Of a stretch of 64,000 nt of DNA, positions 1-10,757 are shown one piece after another. The DNA is from Podarcis muralis (taxonomy: Eukaryota). Location: assembly GCF_964188315.1 (NCBI RefSeq), contig NC_135656.1, positions 62,744,001-62,808,000 on the forward strand, in the 5' to 3' direction. The first letter of the stretch is position 1, and every line of letters starts with the position of its first letter. The notes beneath the pieces are model-generated. The model saw only the letters and a program-made list of their open reading frames with translations, made no database searches and had not been told where the DNA came from. Made by a program: the position numbers and the translations under genes.

Positions 1-43
1 CAATACATTGCTTATTCTTGCAAGTGAATACACAAGAACAATA

Positions 44-383
44 GGGACCCCTGACCATTAGGTCCAGTCGCTGACAACTCTGGGTTTGCGGTGCTCATCT
101 CACTTTACTGGCCGAGGGAGCCGGAAGAGCTTCCGGGTCATGTGGCCAGCATGATTAAGCCGCTTCTGGTGAACCAGAGCAGCGCACGAAAACACCATTT
201 ACCTTCCTGCCGGAGTGGTACCTGTTTATCTACTTGCACTTTGATGTGCTTTCGAACTGCTAGGTTGGCAGGAGCTGGGACCGAGCAACGGGAGCTCACC
301 CTGTTGCGGTGATTCGAACCACTGACCTCCCGATCAGCAAGCCCTAGGCTCAGTGGTTTAGACCACAGCGCTACCCACGTCCC
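44..383 (-). mobile_element. Sauria SINE, older subfamily, tail eroded
   Basis: Minus strand starts GGGACGTGGGTAGCGCTGTGG (A-box-like) with GGTTCGAATC (B box); body matches the other copies. Imperfect TSD cacaagaacaata (31-43) / cacaagatcaata (388-400). Lies in RBM22 intron 2. Confidence 0.9.
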
Positions 384-561
384 TATTCACAAGATCAATA
401 CCTCAATTTAAAACATATTTTCTTAGAAGCAAAATCCATCATATAAAGAGTACATACTTTATAACAATGAAGTCGGAATTGGAAATTCCCTGCAAGTTAA
501 TATCCTCTTATCTTTGTTTCATTCTGCTGATCTTTAGTAATAGCCCACAATAAACACATAC

Positions 562-615
562 CATTCGAATATAGGGGTTTTCTCCAAGACATGTCTGGCA
601 CAAAATGGGGAAATC
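562..615 (-). CDS. RBM22: RBM22 coding exon 2 ([18 protein letters not shown])
   Basis: 54 nt bounded by tgtag| and |gtatgt; the peptide matches RBM22 residues 19-36 as I recall them. Later exons lie left of the window. Confidence 0.96.
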
Positions 616-1099
616 CTACACAGAAGAAAAGAAAATAATTTCACTGCAAGCACATTTCACCAACCCTGAATCTATAAACAGGATGTCTATAAACATCCTG
701 TTTCAAATTGAACGTGAGAACAAACACCTCAGACATTCCTAATATCAGTAAATGGATCTGATGGAAAGCATTCAGTGTCAAGGGCACTTCTGGGGCTGGA
801 TGTGTACAGTATGTATCAGCTTTATTTTTAAGTGCTGTGTCACAAAAGCAAAAAACAGCAAGAGGAGAACAAATGAGTGCAACTCAAATCTCCTGGTTTC
901 TTCAGCCCGTGAGAGAAAGCACAGCAATGAGTTCTCACGTTTAAAGCATGCAGTTATATACATCCTCCGAACTGCACTTCGGCATATTAGGCGAACAGCC
1001 CACACGCCCACTGCTGCACTGTTGCGCAGCAACAGTTAACACCTCACTAGCTTCGCTAAGCTAGATTCTTCCCAAAAACATCTCTTTTACAAGGTGGGA

Positions 1100-1520
1100 A
1101 ATCGGATCGACTTCGGTGGTTAGCACGAGGCTCCTCGCTGCCGGCTCCCAGGACTCCCTTGACCCGGCAAGAAGCAGGAACCCAGCCGCCTCACTGGGCG
1201 GGCGGGCGGGCGGGCGGGCGGCAGCGGATCCCTCGCCCGCGGGAGACTGAAGAGCCCCGAGTAGCTCCCCCCGCACCCCTCTCCTTCCCGCCCCGGCACC
1301 CGAGGGAACCACCCGGCCACGGGGGGTATTTACCGCATCCTCCCAGTTCTGCCGATTATACGTGTTGGATCCCAGAGACGTCGCCATCTTGGCACGCCGA
1401 ACAGGGGCGCCCGGAAGTAGACTGTCGGCACGCCGGAAGCGCTCCTCACGTAACCTCGCCATAGAGATAGAGACGGGTAGAGTGGCAGCGCGCCCCCCCC
1501 CCCCGCCCCACCTCTGCAAT
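1100..1520 (-). promoter_or_regulatory. RBM22: RBM22 CpG-island promoter
   Basis: CpG-rich; ETS-type CCGGAAG motifs near 1410 and 1433; YY1-type CAAGATGGCG over the start codon. Confidence 0.8.
1334..1387 (-). CDS. RBM22: RBM22 coding exon 1 (MATSLGSNTYNRQNWEDA), pre-mRNA splicing factor RBM22
   Basis: ATG at 1387 in the context CAAGATGGCG, 18 codons, donor |gtaaat; matches the vertebrate RBM22 N-terminus. Confidence 0.97.
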
Positions 1521-1852
1521 GGGGAACCGGCGGCCCTCCAGACCGGGGGAGGAGGCTTGTTTTTTTTGGGGGGGGGGGAGACCTCTTACTCCCATCAACC
1601 CAAGGCAGCATGGTCGGTGTCCAGAGAGCTCAGCTGTACTGAGAGGTCACAGGTGTCCTGCTCCTGTTCGCACAGAATTGAAGCCTGTCTGGAAGCCATA
1701 GAATGATAAAATTGTGGAGTTGGAAGGGACCATGAGGGTCATCTAGTCCCACCCCCCTCCGTGGTGTTTAGTAGGAAATGCCTAGTGGGAAAGTGCTCAG
1801 TTCACAGCCCCACACAGGCCAGTGGGTAGAAGCGAGACGTGAGAGGTAGAGC

Positions 1853-2720
1853 TGTGTCATAGAATCATAGAGTTGGAAGGGACCCCAAGAGTCATCTAGT
1901 CCAACCCTCTGCAATGCAGTACCTCAACTAAAGCATCCATGGCACATGGCCATCCAACCTCTGCTTGTTGTTGTTGTTGTTGTTGTTTAGTCGTTTAGTC
2001 GTGTCCGACTCTTCGTGACCCCATGGACCAGAGCACACCAGGCACCTCTGTCCTCCACTACCTCCCGCAGTTTGGGCAAACTCATGCTGGTAACCTCAAA
2101 AACGCTATCCAACCATCTCGTCCTCTGTCGTCCCCTTCTCCTTGTGCCCTCCATCTTTCTCAACATCAGGGTCTTTTCCAGGGAGTCTTCTCTTCTCATG
2201 AGGTGGCCAAAGTACTGGAGCCTCAGCTTCACGATCTGTCCTTCCAGTGAGCACTCAGGGCTGATTTCCTTAAGAATGGATGCATTTGATCTTCTTGCCG
2301 TCCATGGGACTCTCAAGAGTCTTCTCCAGCACCATAATTCAAAAGCATCAATTCTTCGGCGATCAGCCTTCTTTATGGTCCAGCTCTCACTTCCATACAT
2401 CACTACTGGGAAGACCATGGCTTTAACTATACGGACCTTTGTTGGCAAGGTGACATCTCTACTTCTCAAGATGCTGTCTAGGCCTGTCATTGCCCTTCTC
2501 CCAAGAAGCAGGCGTCTTTTAATTTCGTGGCTGCTGTCACCATCTGCAGTGATCATGGCGCCCAAGTAAGTAAAATCTCTCACTGCCTCCATTTCTTCCC
2601 CTTCTATTTGCCAGGAGGTGACCTCTGCTTAACCTCTGCTTAAAAACCTCCAAAGAAGGAGAGTCCACCCAAGGGAGACTGTTCCACTGTCTTACTGTCA
2701 GAAAGCTTTTCCTATTTAGT
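1853..2720 (-). mobile_element. CR1-type 3' remnant split by a BovB insertion (host parts 1853-1966 and 2631-2720)
   Basis: The two parts join into the same sequence as the uninterrupted copy at 36462-36615 (ccatccaacctctgctt-a.aaacctccaa.gaaggagagtccacc). Confidence 0.8.
1967..2621 (-). mobile_element. BovB (RTE-clade) LINE, 5'-truncated, ORF C-terminus and (CAA)n tail
   Basis: Uninterrupted 201-codon frame (EIKRRLLLGR...ESWTIKKADRRRIDAFELWCWRRLLRVPW) typical of BovB; ends GAGTCGGACACGACTAAACGACTAAAC(AAC)n; TSD aacctctgctt at 1956-1966 and 2631-2641. Confidence 0.95.
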
Positions 2721-3083
2721 TGGCATCTCCTTTGTTGTAGCCATGGGTTCATGGCTCCAGACCAGTCGTCTGCATCCTATTACAGGTCACCCCAAACTCT
2801 GAGCAGTGCAAGATTCCAGAGGTCTTGGCACTTGCCCAGAGATTTTTTCCTTTGGCATGAGGTACAGTGGGGACTGTGGTGTCTTTATGATTAAGTGTTC
2901 CATTTACACATATATACAGTGGAGGGATCTCCAGCATTCACATCTCAAGAGGAGCTTGCAGCATTGGATTCAAAGGCAGCCAAACAGCCATCTGCCACTC
3001 TTTTCCAGCTTGTCCCAGCCAGCCCACCAAGAGATCTGCCCTCCCTTCTCCCCTTCTTTTCAAACCTTTCCTTCTGTCTACAT

Positions 3084-3227
3084 CAGGGGTGGCCAACTCC
3101 CAAGAGACTCTGATTTACTCACAGTGATTCTACCCCCTTTGGAGGGAGCCAGTGATCTATAAAGTGATCTACCACAGACGTCCAGTGATCTACAGATAGA
3201 TCATGATCTACCTGTTGGACATGCCTG
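3084..3227. mobile_element. hAT-type MITE, 144 bp
   Basis: Termini CAGGGGTGGCCAAC / GTTGGACATGCCTG; perfect 8-bp TSD gtctacat (3076-3083, 3228-3235). Confidence 0.88.
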
Positions 3228-4955
3228 GTCTACATCATCCAGGCTGAAACCCTCAATGTTTTCTTTCTCTGCCCACTGGCGCACACAGTTGGATGAGAGT
3301 CCCCCCTCCTTTCTCACACAGGCTTCACCCTATTGATTGATGATTGGCCATCATCAGCCAGCTCTTAACAGCTTATCTCCTACCTAGGTGGTGCCCTGGT
3401 CCGAAAAAACAAGGTTAGCCTGCATAATCAGTGCTTTAACCCTAGCTCCCAGGAATCTATAAAAACACTGATGAGAGTTTAGCTCAAACCTCCGGATGCG
3501 TCCTCCCAACAGTTTTATGTAGGTGTTAAATAGCACAGGGGAACAAGATGGAACCTAGAGGCATCCCAACTGCTCTGTACTGGAGCCACTATGAAATCGT
3601 ACCTGCAGATGGGCAGTGTTGTTCTCATATTCTGCTTGCAGGCTTTCCCCAGGCATTTTGAGAGCAGGGCTGGACTAGAAGGGCCACTGGCCTAATCCAG
3701 GTGGCTCTTGTATTGTTTTCAGATGGAGGAATTTGTATCTCACACCAGGGATCATCTCATAACATAAGACATTCCATGAGTCTACAAGGAAAGATGCTTT
3801 CCCTAAAATTGGAACTATAGGTTATAATTTCTAGGAGTGATGCCCAATAAATATTAGTCTGATAATAACAAAGATTCCAATTGGCTCTTTGTATAGCAAT
3901 TTTTTTAAAAAAATGATAGGTGGCAATTTAAGCACAGGTACTTGCAGTATGGGGCCAATTTAAACATTACATGGCAGCAACCATTGGCTGTAAAAAGGAT
4001 CAGTCTTATAGCAATTTAACCATCAACAAGTAATGTCAGTAGCAAGTGATAACTCACTGCCAGCAGCTAGGAGCTGTAGCATTCCTAGTTCAAATATTAC
4101 TTCAGTCACAAATCCACTAGGAAGCATTACGTAATCTCTTATCCTTAACCCAAATGCCTTACAGCAATCATGTAAGGATAACTGAAATAAGCAATTTGAG
4201 CACTTGGAAATGCACAATATAAATGTTAATTATTAATGTCTAAGCACATTTGAGTGCTTGTATGCCCAAGATGCTAATGTACTACAAAATTGGACAGACA
4301 AGCGTGATAAAAGCATTTAAGACCTACTCATTCTCATGGGGAAGAACTTGAGCAGACGAAACAGAGTGATAATTCACAGTAGTAAGGAATGTGTAAATGA
4401 GCCTTTACCTTGTATGAAGTGGGACACAGACTGACTGGATTCCCCGTAGTCAGCAATTAAAACATTAAACCATTTTTATCCCATGTCTCCTTCCAATATT
4501 CCTTTCATTTCTCTTGAGCCAAAATTGGCTGTAGCTCAAGTGCAATTCCAGGAGCTTAATATGATCTACCTCACCCTATGGCGGCAGTTGGCTGTATCAG
4601 CTGTTCTCTCTCTCACACACCTGTCTTCATTAGGAGCCAATAGCAGCTTATGTGTGGCTCTCAATGGTCTCTCAAGCAGGCACTGATGAGGCCGACACCT
4701 GTTTAGGTCCATCAGTGCTACTGTATCAAGTGCTCCCACAGCATTCCTTATGCCAAGCTTCCGCAGCTTGTGTTTTGCCCATATATAAGGGCATAGTAGG
4801 TACACTTAAAATCACTGCACTCCTAAATCCAGTCCAACACCACTATGCTTGCATAGCGAGAAAAAGACAGTGGCAGATGCTGTCCTCTACATTACACCCT
4901 AAGCATTGGTGCTATCAGAAAAAGTACACAATAAAGAAATGGCTTTGTCTGCTTC

Positions 4956-4961
4956 TTTATT
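4956..4961 (-). terminator. DCTN4: Probable distal DCTN4 polyadenylation signal (AATAAA)
   Basis: Minus strand reads AATAAA-GAAGCAGACAAAGCCA then U/GU-rich TTTCTTTATTGTGTACTTTTTC, giving a 3' UTR of about 2 kb. Other AATAAA hexamers at 5006-5011 and 5937-5942. Confidence 0.55.
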
Positions 4962-6994
4962 TCAAGTTCACTACATTAAGTAAAACAATAAGGCAACACA
5001 GTCATTTTATTATTATTGATAAAGGCAGAGTGTCTCCAGTGCCCTCTAGTGAGGATTCAGTGAGATGTTTCTGCAGAAGTGTGTAATACAGAACAGAGTC
5101 CTAAAAGATTAAAAGGAAAAAGCTTCCAATGTATGCCCCGACTTTCCTATATGTTTTGCAAAGAAGCTTCAGGTGTGTATCACTTCAGCACAGCAACAGC
5201 GCTCAAAAATGAAGTTCCCAAATATTACTCAGCCAAGAATTATCTTGACAGAATTAAATCAGGGGTTAGTTTGAGTTATTTTAAAAACTGAGATCAGCAG
5301 ACACTAAACACTACACATTTAAGAATAAACACTGGTTAGACTTCTTAAACTCATGCTTTATATTGTGTATAGTCTACGCAGGTCTTGTGAACATCAAGCT
5401 TCTCTTTTTCTTTACATCCATTGCACAAACTGGATAAGGTGCCACCTTCATCCAAATGCTGCCAAACAAATGAAGACTTTTAAAAGACACACCTCTGAAC
5501 AACTTGCAGTCTACAAGAAAACAGTTTCCCCACAGCCTTGAGTCCATTTACTTTAATCCAAGATGGAAATAAGCATTCCTCTTTCTGTCCGAGGCTACAA
5601 AATAAGCTCTCATATTGTAACGCACACCTGTTGACAACAGTATTCAATCACGTGATTTGCACATGCCCCCATTACTCCCAGGCTACAACAGCAGAGCCCC
5701 ATTCAAAGCACACCTACATCTGTTACATAGTCTGAGAATTATAAGCAGAAAAAGCAGCCGAGTTCCACCATATGCATTTTTCTTCTCAGTAATCTAACAA
5801 AAAATATTAGCCAAGAAGTTCGTGTCTCTGCATATCTGCATTTTGTGTCTGTGTGTGTATGCAACACTGCAATGCTGAATTTATGAGTATGGGTGGAAGA
5901 TTAGAGCCAAGCTCTGGGAATTAGAGTTTACAACCATTTATTTCTTCCATTTGCCACTAACAAAACCTTGTGAAAGCCATTCACTTTTTCTTATAATGGT
6001 ATGGAAATCAAGTATTAAGTACATTGAGTGCAAGGATGCACAGTGGGCGCTTGTAGCTACTTTCTCAAGAGATTTTAAACTTCAAAGCATACCGAAAGTG
6101 ATCTCACGTATCAAAATTCTCAGCTATCTTTGGTCATAAACCTATTCCTAAATAAATAATTTAACAAAACACACACAAATGATCCCCACAATGGCACTCC
6201 TGCTACAATAAGTACACTACAGCAGCATTTTCATTTATGAACTACCCTAGATCCTGTTCCATTTTTACGCCTGCATCTTCCAATGTAAGAGTGGCAGAAG
6301 ACCTGCCCTCCTCCCCACACAAACCTGCAGAATATTGGGAGGAGCATTCAAATGCCCTTTTTTTTCTTAAGAGCCTTTCCTTAACAAAGTATGCAGGACA
6401 TCTTATGAAATATCAACTTCTGGTACATGAGTAAAAGGCCAACAAGTGCTATTTGAAACAGATGGCACATCCAATTGAAGGTGGAAGCAAGAGAACATTA
6501 TACTGCTGCCGCTGCTTGCTGTTTCACTATAGATGGTGCTACTGCAGCCTTGGAATAATTTTTACTGTGAACAGAACCTACCACAAGGGAGAGAGATGTT
6601 GGCATTATGTAATATTAGCTTTGCAAAACCGATGCAGAGAGCGCCAAGTAAGGTCGTTTGCTGGGAAATTCCATGCCGTTTTATCAAGGAGCAATACAAG
6701 ATGACCAGAGAATGTGCACACAAAGCTTTCTGCTACAAAGCTGACCAAGCGTGGGGGGGGGGGGGACCATCAATTCATAGGTGTTGCAGAGAGGAGAGTC
6801 ATCCAAGAGTGTGGCTCTTCTCTTCTAATCCGACCTCTGCATCTTTTGGCTGAAATTTGTGTCGTGTGAGCTCATATCTGATGGGAGCCTCTGTGAAGCA
6901 GTGCCTTCAGCATTTTGTCAGGATGCATTCTTCTATAGAACAGTGACACAATGTAGTGTGTGGCCATCGTTTAGGTTCCAGTTACAGATGAGTT

Positions 6995-7208
6995 TCACGG
7001 AAGCACAGGGCCCAGGCTGAGCTCCACGTGGTGATTGAGCCAGATGACCTCACAACTCTGATCACTTTCCTCCGTGGGCCGGATAGGAGCAGCAAGGTTT
7101 TTGAATTCATGCTTCATCTTAAAGCTCACAGTAACTTCTCCCTCTTCTTTCTGTGGAGTGACCTTGATGAATATCCCAACTTTGTTAGCCTTTCGGAAGG
7201 CTATGATG
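6995..7208 (-). CDS. DCTN4: DCTN4 last coding exon ([16 protein letters not shown]...ELSLGPVLP*)
   Basis: Acceptor cag|, 214 nt, TGA at 6997-6995; matches the dynactin p62 C-terminus. Confidence 0.97.
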
Positions 7209-7488
7209 CTGCAAAGGAAGAAGAGAGGTTTTAATATAATTCCACAACACTTCCCTGTGAGCTATGTCGCTAATAAAGTTTATTAGTTGCTTAAGCCAAC
7301 TAGAATAGCTAGACAGAACTAAGCAAATACATGGACTTGCCCAGTGCTAAAAGATGAGTTCATGGGTATGCCTGAATTTGAATTTTCAAAAAGTAAGAGA
7401 AACCCCTCTGAATCAGGCCAAATGCCCCAAAAATCAAGTATCTTGCTTCAAACTGCCAGCCAAATACCTCCAAGAATCCCACAAGCAA

Positions 7489-7819
7489 TTGGAAGAAATT
7501 TAAGGACTATCTTAGGAAACATTGCAAAGTTAATGAATGTTAGAACGATGTTGGTTTAGAAAGTAAGTGGTTTCCTGCTATAATGATTAAGTAAAAAGAA
7601 AAGAAAGGTTAAAAATTAAATAAAAATTAAGGGAGAGGATTTGCTGAACTTATAATTAGAAATTGGAATACAGAAAGGGGAGGTATGAGGAGGTCGGGGA
7701 AGTAAGTTATAAGAAAATAAGGGATTGAAATTATACTTGTTTTTGTCTGTGTTTTGTTTGTATTATTGTTTTTTCTTTTTATATAATTTTTGAAACTTCA
7801 ATAAATATCTTTAAAAAAA
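7489..7819 (+). mobile_element. L1-type LINE 3' fragment in the last DCTN4 intron
   Basis: ORF2-like end WKKFKDYLRKHCKVNEC*, T-rich UTR, AATAAA and A-tail; perfect 17-bp TSD aagaatcccacaagcaa (7472-7488, 7820-7836). Confidence 0.85.
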
Positions 7820-8253
7820 AAGAATCCCACAAGCAAAACACGAAGTCAACAGCCCTCTTTCAAGCCCAGAAACTAGAACTGACACATATTGCCTTCCTAG
7901 CAACTAGCATTCAGAGGCATGCCAGCATTGATATATCCCTCCTCCATGAACCTGTCAGATTCCCTTTTAAAGGGATCTAAAGGAAGGCTCTAATTGTTTT
8001 ACATGAAGCACTTCCTTTTGACTGCCCTGAATTCCCTGCCAATCAATTCCACAGACCACCCCAAGTTCTAGTATTATATTGGGGGTGGGATGTTCTTCAA
8101 TCAACTACTTTCTAAATTCCAAACTACACAAGCAGAGGAAAATAAATACTGTGCTATCAGTTGCCAACCTGGTCAGAAGCCAACACCATCAACCGCCAAT
8201 GAATCATGGATGACAAATTGATACACAGGTCTGTAAGATATGGAAAAGCTTAC

Positions 8254-8351
8254 TCAGGATCATCTTGAAAATCTTGAGGCTCTGCCAGCTCGTCATATTC
8301 TGCTGCTGCATCTTTGCCAGCCAGGAGTAGCTCTTTGGAAGGAACCACCAC
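8254..8351 (-). CDS. DCTN4: DCTN4 exon ([32 protein letters not shown])
   Basis: 98 nt, cag| to |gtaagc; phase fits both neighbours. Confidence 0.97.
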
Positions 8352-8820
8352 CTGAAAAAGAGTTATGTAGAAAAGATGTTTTGCAACAAGTAGCCAATCA
8401 ACATTCGCCCTGCCTTCCCTGTAGTCTATATAAGTAATGGAGGGGGAGAGATTGCCTGTGGCCAACTGCAAGATACAACACTGGCATGAAAATACCCAAT
8501 ACATCTTCAGTGCATATTACTATCATCATTTATTATATATTTATACCCCGCCCTTCCTCTCAAAAGGAGCCAGGGGAGCAAACATACACAATTTTTAAAA
8601 AAAACAACAAACCCCACCTAATATGGCAAACTCCTTAAGTGTTTATGGCATCCACATGGGTACCAATACCATGTGGAAGTTTCTCTTTGCATAGCTACAT
8701 ATAAATCCACCCTAAGTCTTCAATGACAGATGGCTATTTATAGGAGCATACAATCAGTGTAGCTTCCAGCACAGCATCAAAGTATGGCCCAGAATCTATG
8801 CTGGGAAGAAGCTGCAGTAC

Positions 8821-8928
8821 CTTAGCAGTACTACTGGTGTCATCAGGATCACCTTCCTCACACTCTTTCAGTGTCACATGAGTGAGATTTTCCACTGGAT
8901 TGGTGAGAGTTAGAAGAACTTGACTCTC
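8821..8928 (-). CDS. DCTN4: DCTN4 exon ([36 protein letters not shown])
   Basis: 108 nt, cag| to |gtactg. Confidence 0.97.
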
Positions 8929-9590
8929 CTGTGCAAATGACAGACACACAAAGGAAAAGATCACTCTCAGTAAAAATATTGCACCCTGTTTTTATGCTGT
9001 TGCAAAAAACACATTCCTGCCTTCCACTGATGCCTCTAAAATTCACAAATTTATCACATTTAAAAAACAGCTAGTCTTCCAGTCATTCAGTTAGTGATTT
9101 AGTTAGTGTTCATATTTGTCATAGCAAGCATTATATTGCAAAATGCATTCCCTCCTATATACATGAAAAGGAGTTGTGCTTCGAGATGGTGCTGTTTTAA
9201 ATGTCATCCAATTATTCGGGAGTGGGGAGACTTTTAGTTGATTAAAGATCTCCCCAGTTCATTCATCCAATCAAATAAACATCAGTTGCGGCTCTTCTGA
9301 AACTACGGCTTGCTCAAACCATGATTTGGTGTGGTGTCTTAAATTGAGCCAAGGTTATAAAAAATAATGCACTCAATATGAAAAGCTATATAAAATAAAT
9401 AAAAAAGTTGGTTTAACACTCACTCACATGCAACCTTTAAAACTCCCAGCTCCCAGGAAGCCCAACCATCATAGCCTATTGTCATAAATGATGGGAGTTG
9501 CAGCCCAACAACTCTGGAGGGAGACTGGTCCCCATCCCTAGTTTAAAATCCCACCTCTAGAAAGACTGATCAAAATACACGAGAACAAAC

Positions 9591-9645
9591 CTTCATATAG
9601 CGCAGATTAGGAATAGACATGATTCTCACTTCTGGGATATAGTTG
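9591..9645 (-). CDS. DCTN4: DCTN4 exon (NYIPEVRIMSIPNLRYMK)
   Basis: 55 nt, tag| to |gtttgt. Confidence 0.96.
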
Positions 9646-10183
9646 CTACAATACAAATAAAAGAAAGTAAATAGCAAATTCAAGTATAAACCCAACGTCT
9701 CTAGACTTCGGACTGCACTTTCACTTTTTAGATATCTGGCTTACCTTTCAATCCAGAATGGGTTCTTAAGATGGTGATGTTTTAAAAAGCGGGAAAGGTA
9801 GATGACTATGAGCACAACATGGTTTAATTTTTTAAAAAGGGAACTGTACTGTAGATTAGCTACAACTTCCAAAGTTTTAACTGAGATTAAATGAGAACAT
9901 GGGGCCAGGCGGTTTAAATGACATTTCAGAACTGGGGTTTGTAAACCAAGTAGCCCTCTGTACATAGACCATTATGTACCTGCATGTAGAAGATAAGTCA
10001 CTAGTGTGTCAGAGGGAAGGCTAGACTAGATCCCTGTTCTCTGATATCCCAGTTTGCTATGTACTGTGATTTCTGTTTTAGGAGCTCTCACCTACAGTCT
10101 GAAGTGGAACAACTCAGGAGAGAATAGAGACCCAACCGTAAGTGTCATAGATTGTTGCTCCCACCCATATCCAAAATACTTAC

Positions 10184-10257
10184 ACAGCTACCAGCTGAAT
10201 TTTGAATTTGATGGATGTAGGGTTGAACTCTGGTTTACTCAAATTGTGTTCACATTT
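10184..10257 (-). CDS. DCTN4: DCTN4 exon (KCEHNLSKPEFNPTSIKFKIQLVA)
   Basis: 74 nt, tag| to |gtaagt. Confidence 0.97.
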
Positions 10258-10394
10258 CTAGGGAAAACAAACATTAACAAAATGTGTGGCCAAACAGCAG
10301 ACAACAGCCTACAACTACAAATGCTACCACTGAGCCAATTTTTTTAAAAAAGAAACACCAAAAGCAGTAGAAGTAGAGACTAACATATTTTTCA

Positions 10395-10523
<129 letters not shown>

Positions 10524-10644
10524 TCATAGTACAGAAAGTTAACAACAACAAAAAATCAGTTTTGAGCAATATGGAAGAGGGATCACCACCTGAACACATT
10601 AAGCTGGGGCAGGAGATCAAAATAGATATGCTAAGAGCTACTAC

Positions 10645-10757
10645 CTTCTGTCAGATTGATTGGTCGTGTGTAATAGTCCTCAGGCAAAGGCTCCACTTCC
10701 TCCACAGCTTGAGCAGGTTCAATTTTTATCTCCTTCTGGTCCTCTCCATCTTTCAGC
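10645..10757 (-). CDS. DCTN4: DCTN4 exon ([37 protein letters not shown])
   Basis: 113 nt, cag| to |gtagta. Confidence 0.97.

Noticed and set aside
821-826. Minus-strand AATAAA in RBM22 intron 1 as an intronic poly(A) site
   Set aside because: No GU-rich downstream element, and the hexamer is common by chance.
1018-1064. Two adjacent 7-8 bp hairpins in RBM22 intron 1 as an ncRNA
   Set aside because: Short stems are expected by chance, and no C/D or H/ACA box arrangement is evident.
1061-1706. Overlapping 60-152 aa ORFs at the RBM22 promoter, including an in-frame ATG at 1462
   Set aside because: Stop-poor GC-rich DNA. ATG 1462 lies beyond the ETS motifs and probably upstream of the TSS; the conserved protein starts at 1387.
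2015-2569. 184-aa plus-strand ORF, and the 110-126 aa ORFs at 24725-25476
   Set aside because: Antisense shadows of the BovB and L2 reading frames.
4020-4220. Possible snoRNA or structured RNA between RBM22 and DCTN4
   Set aside because: No convincing box motifs or terminal stem; an Rfam/Infernal scan would be needed.
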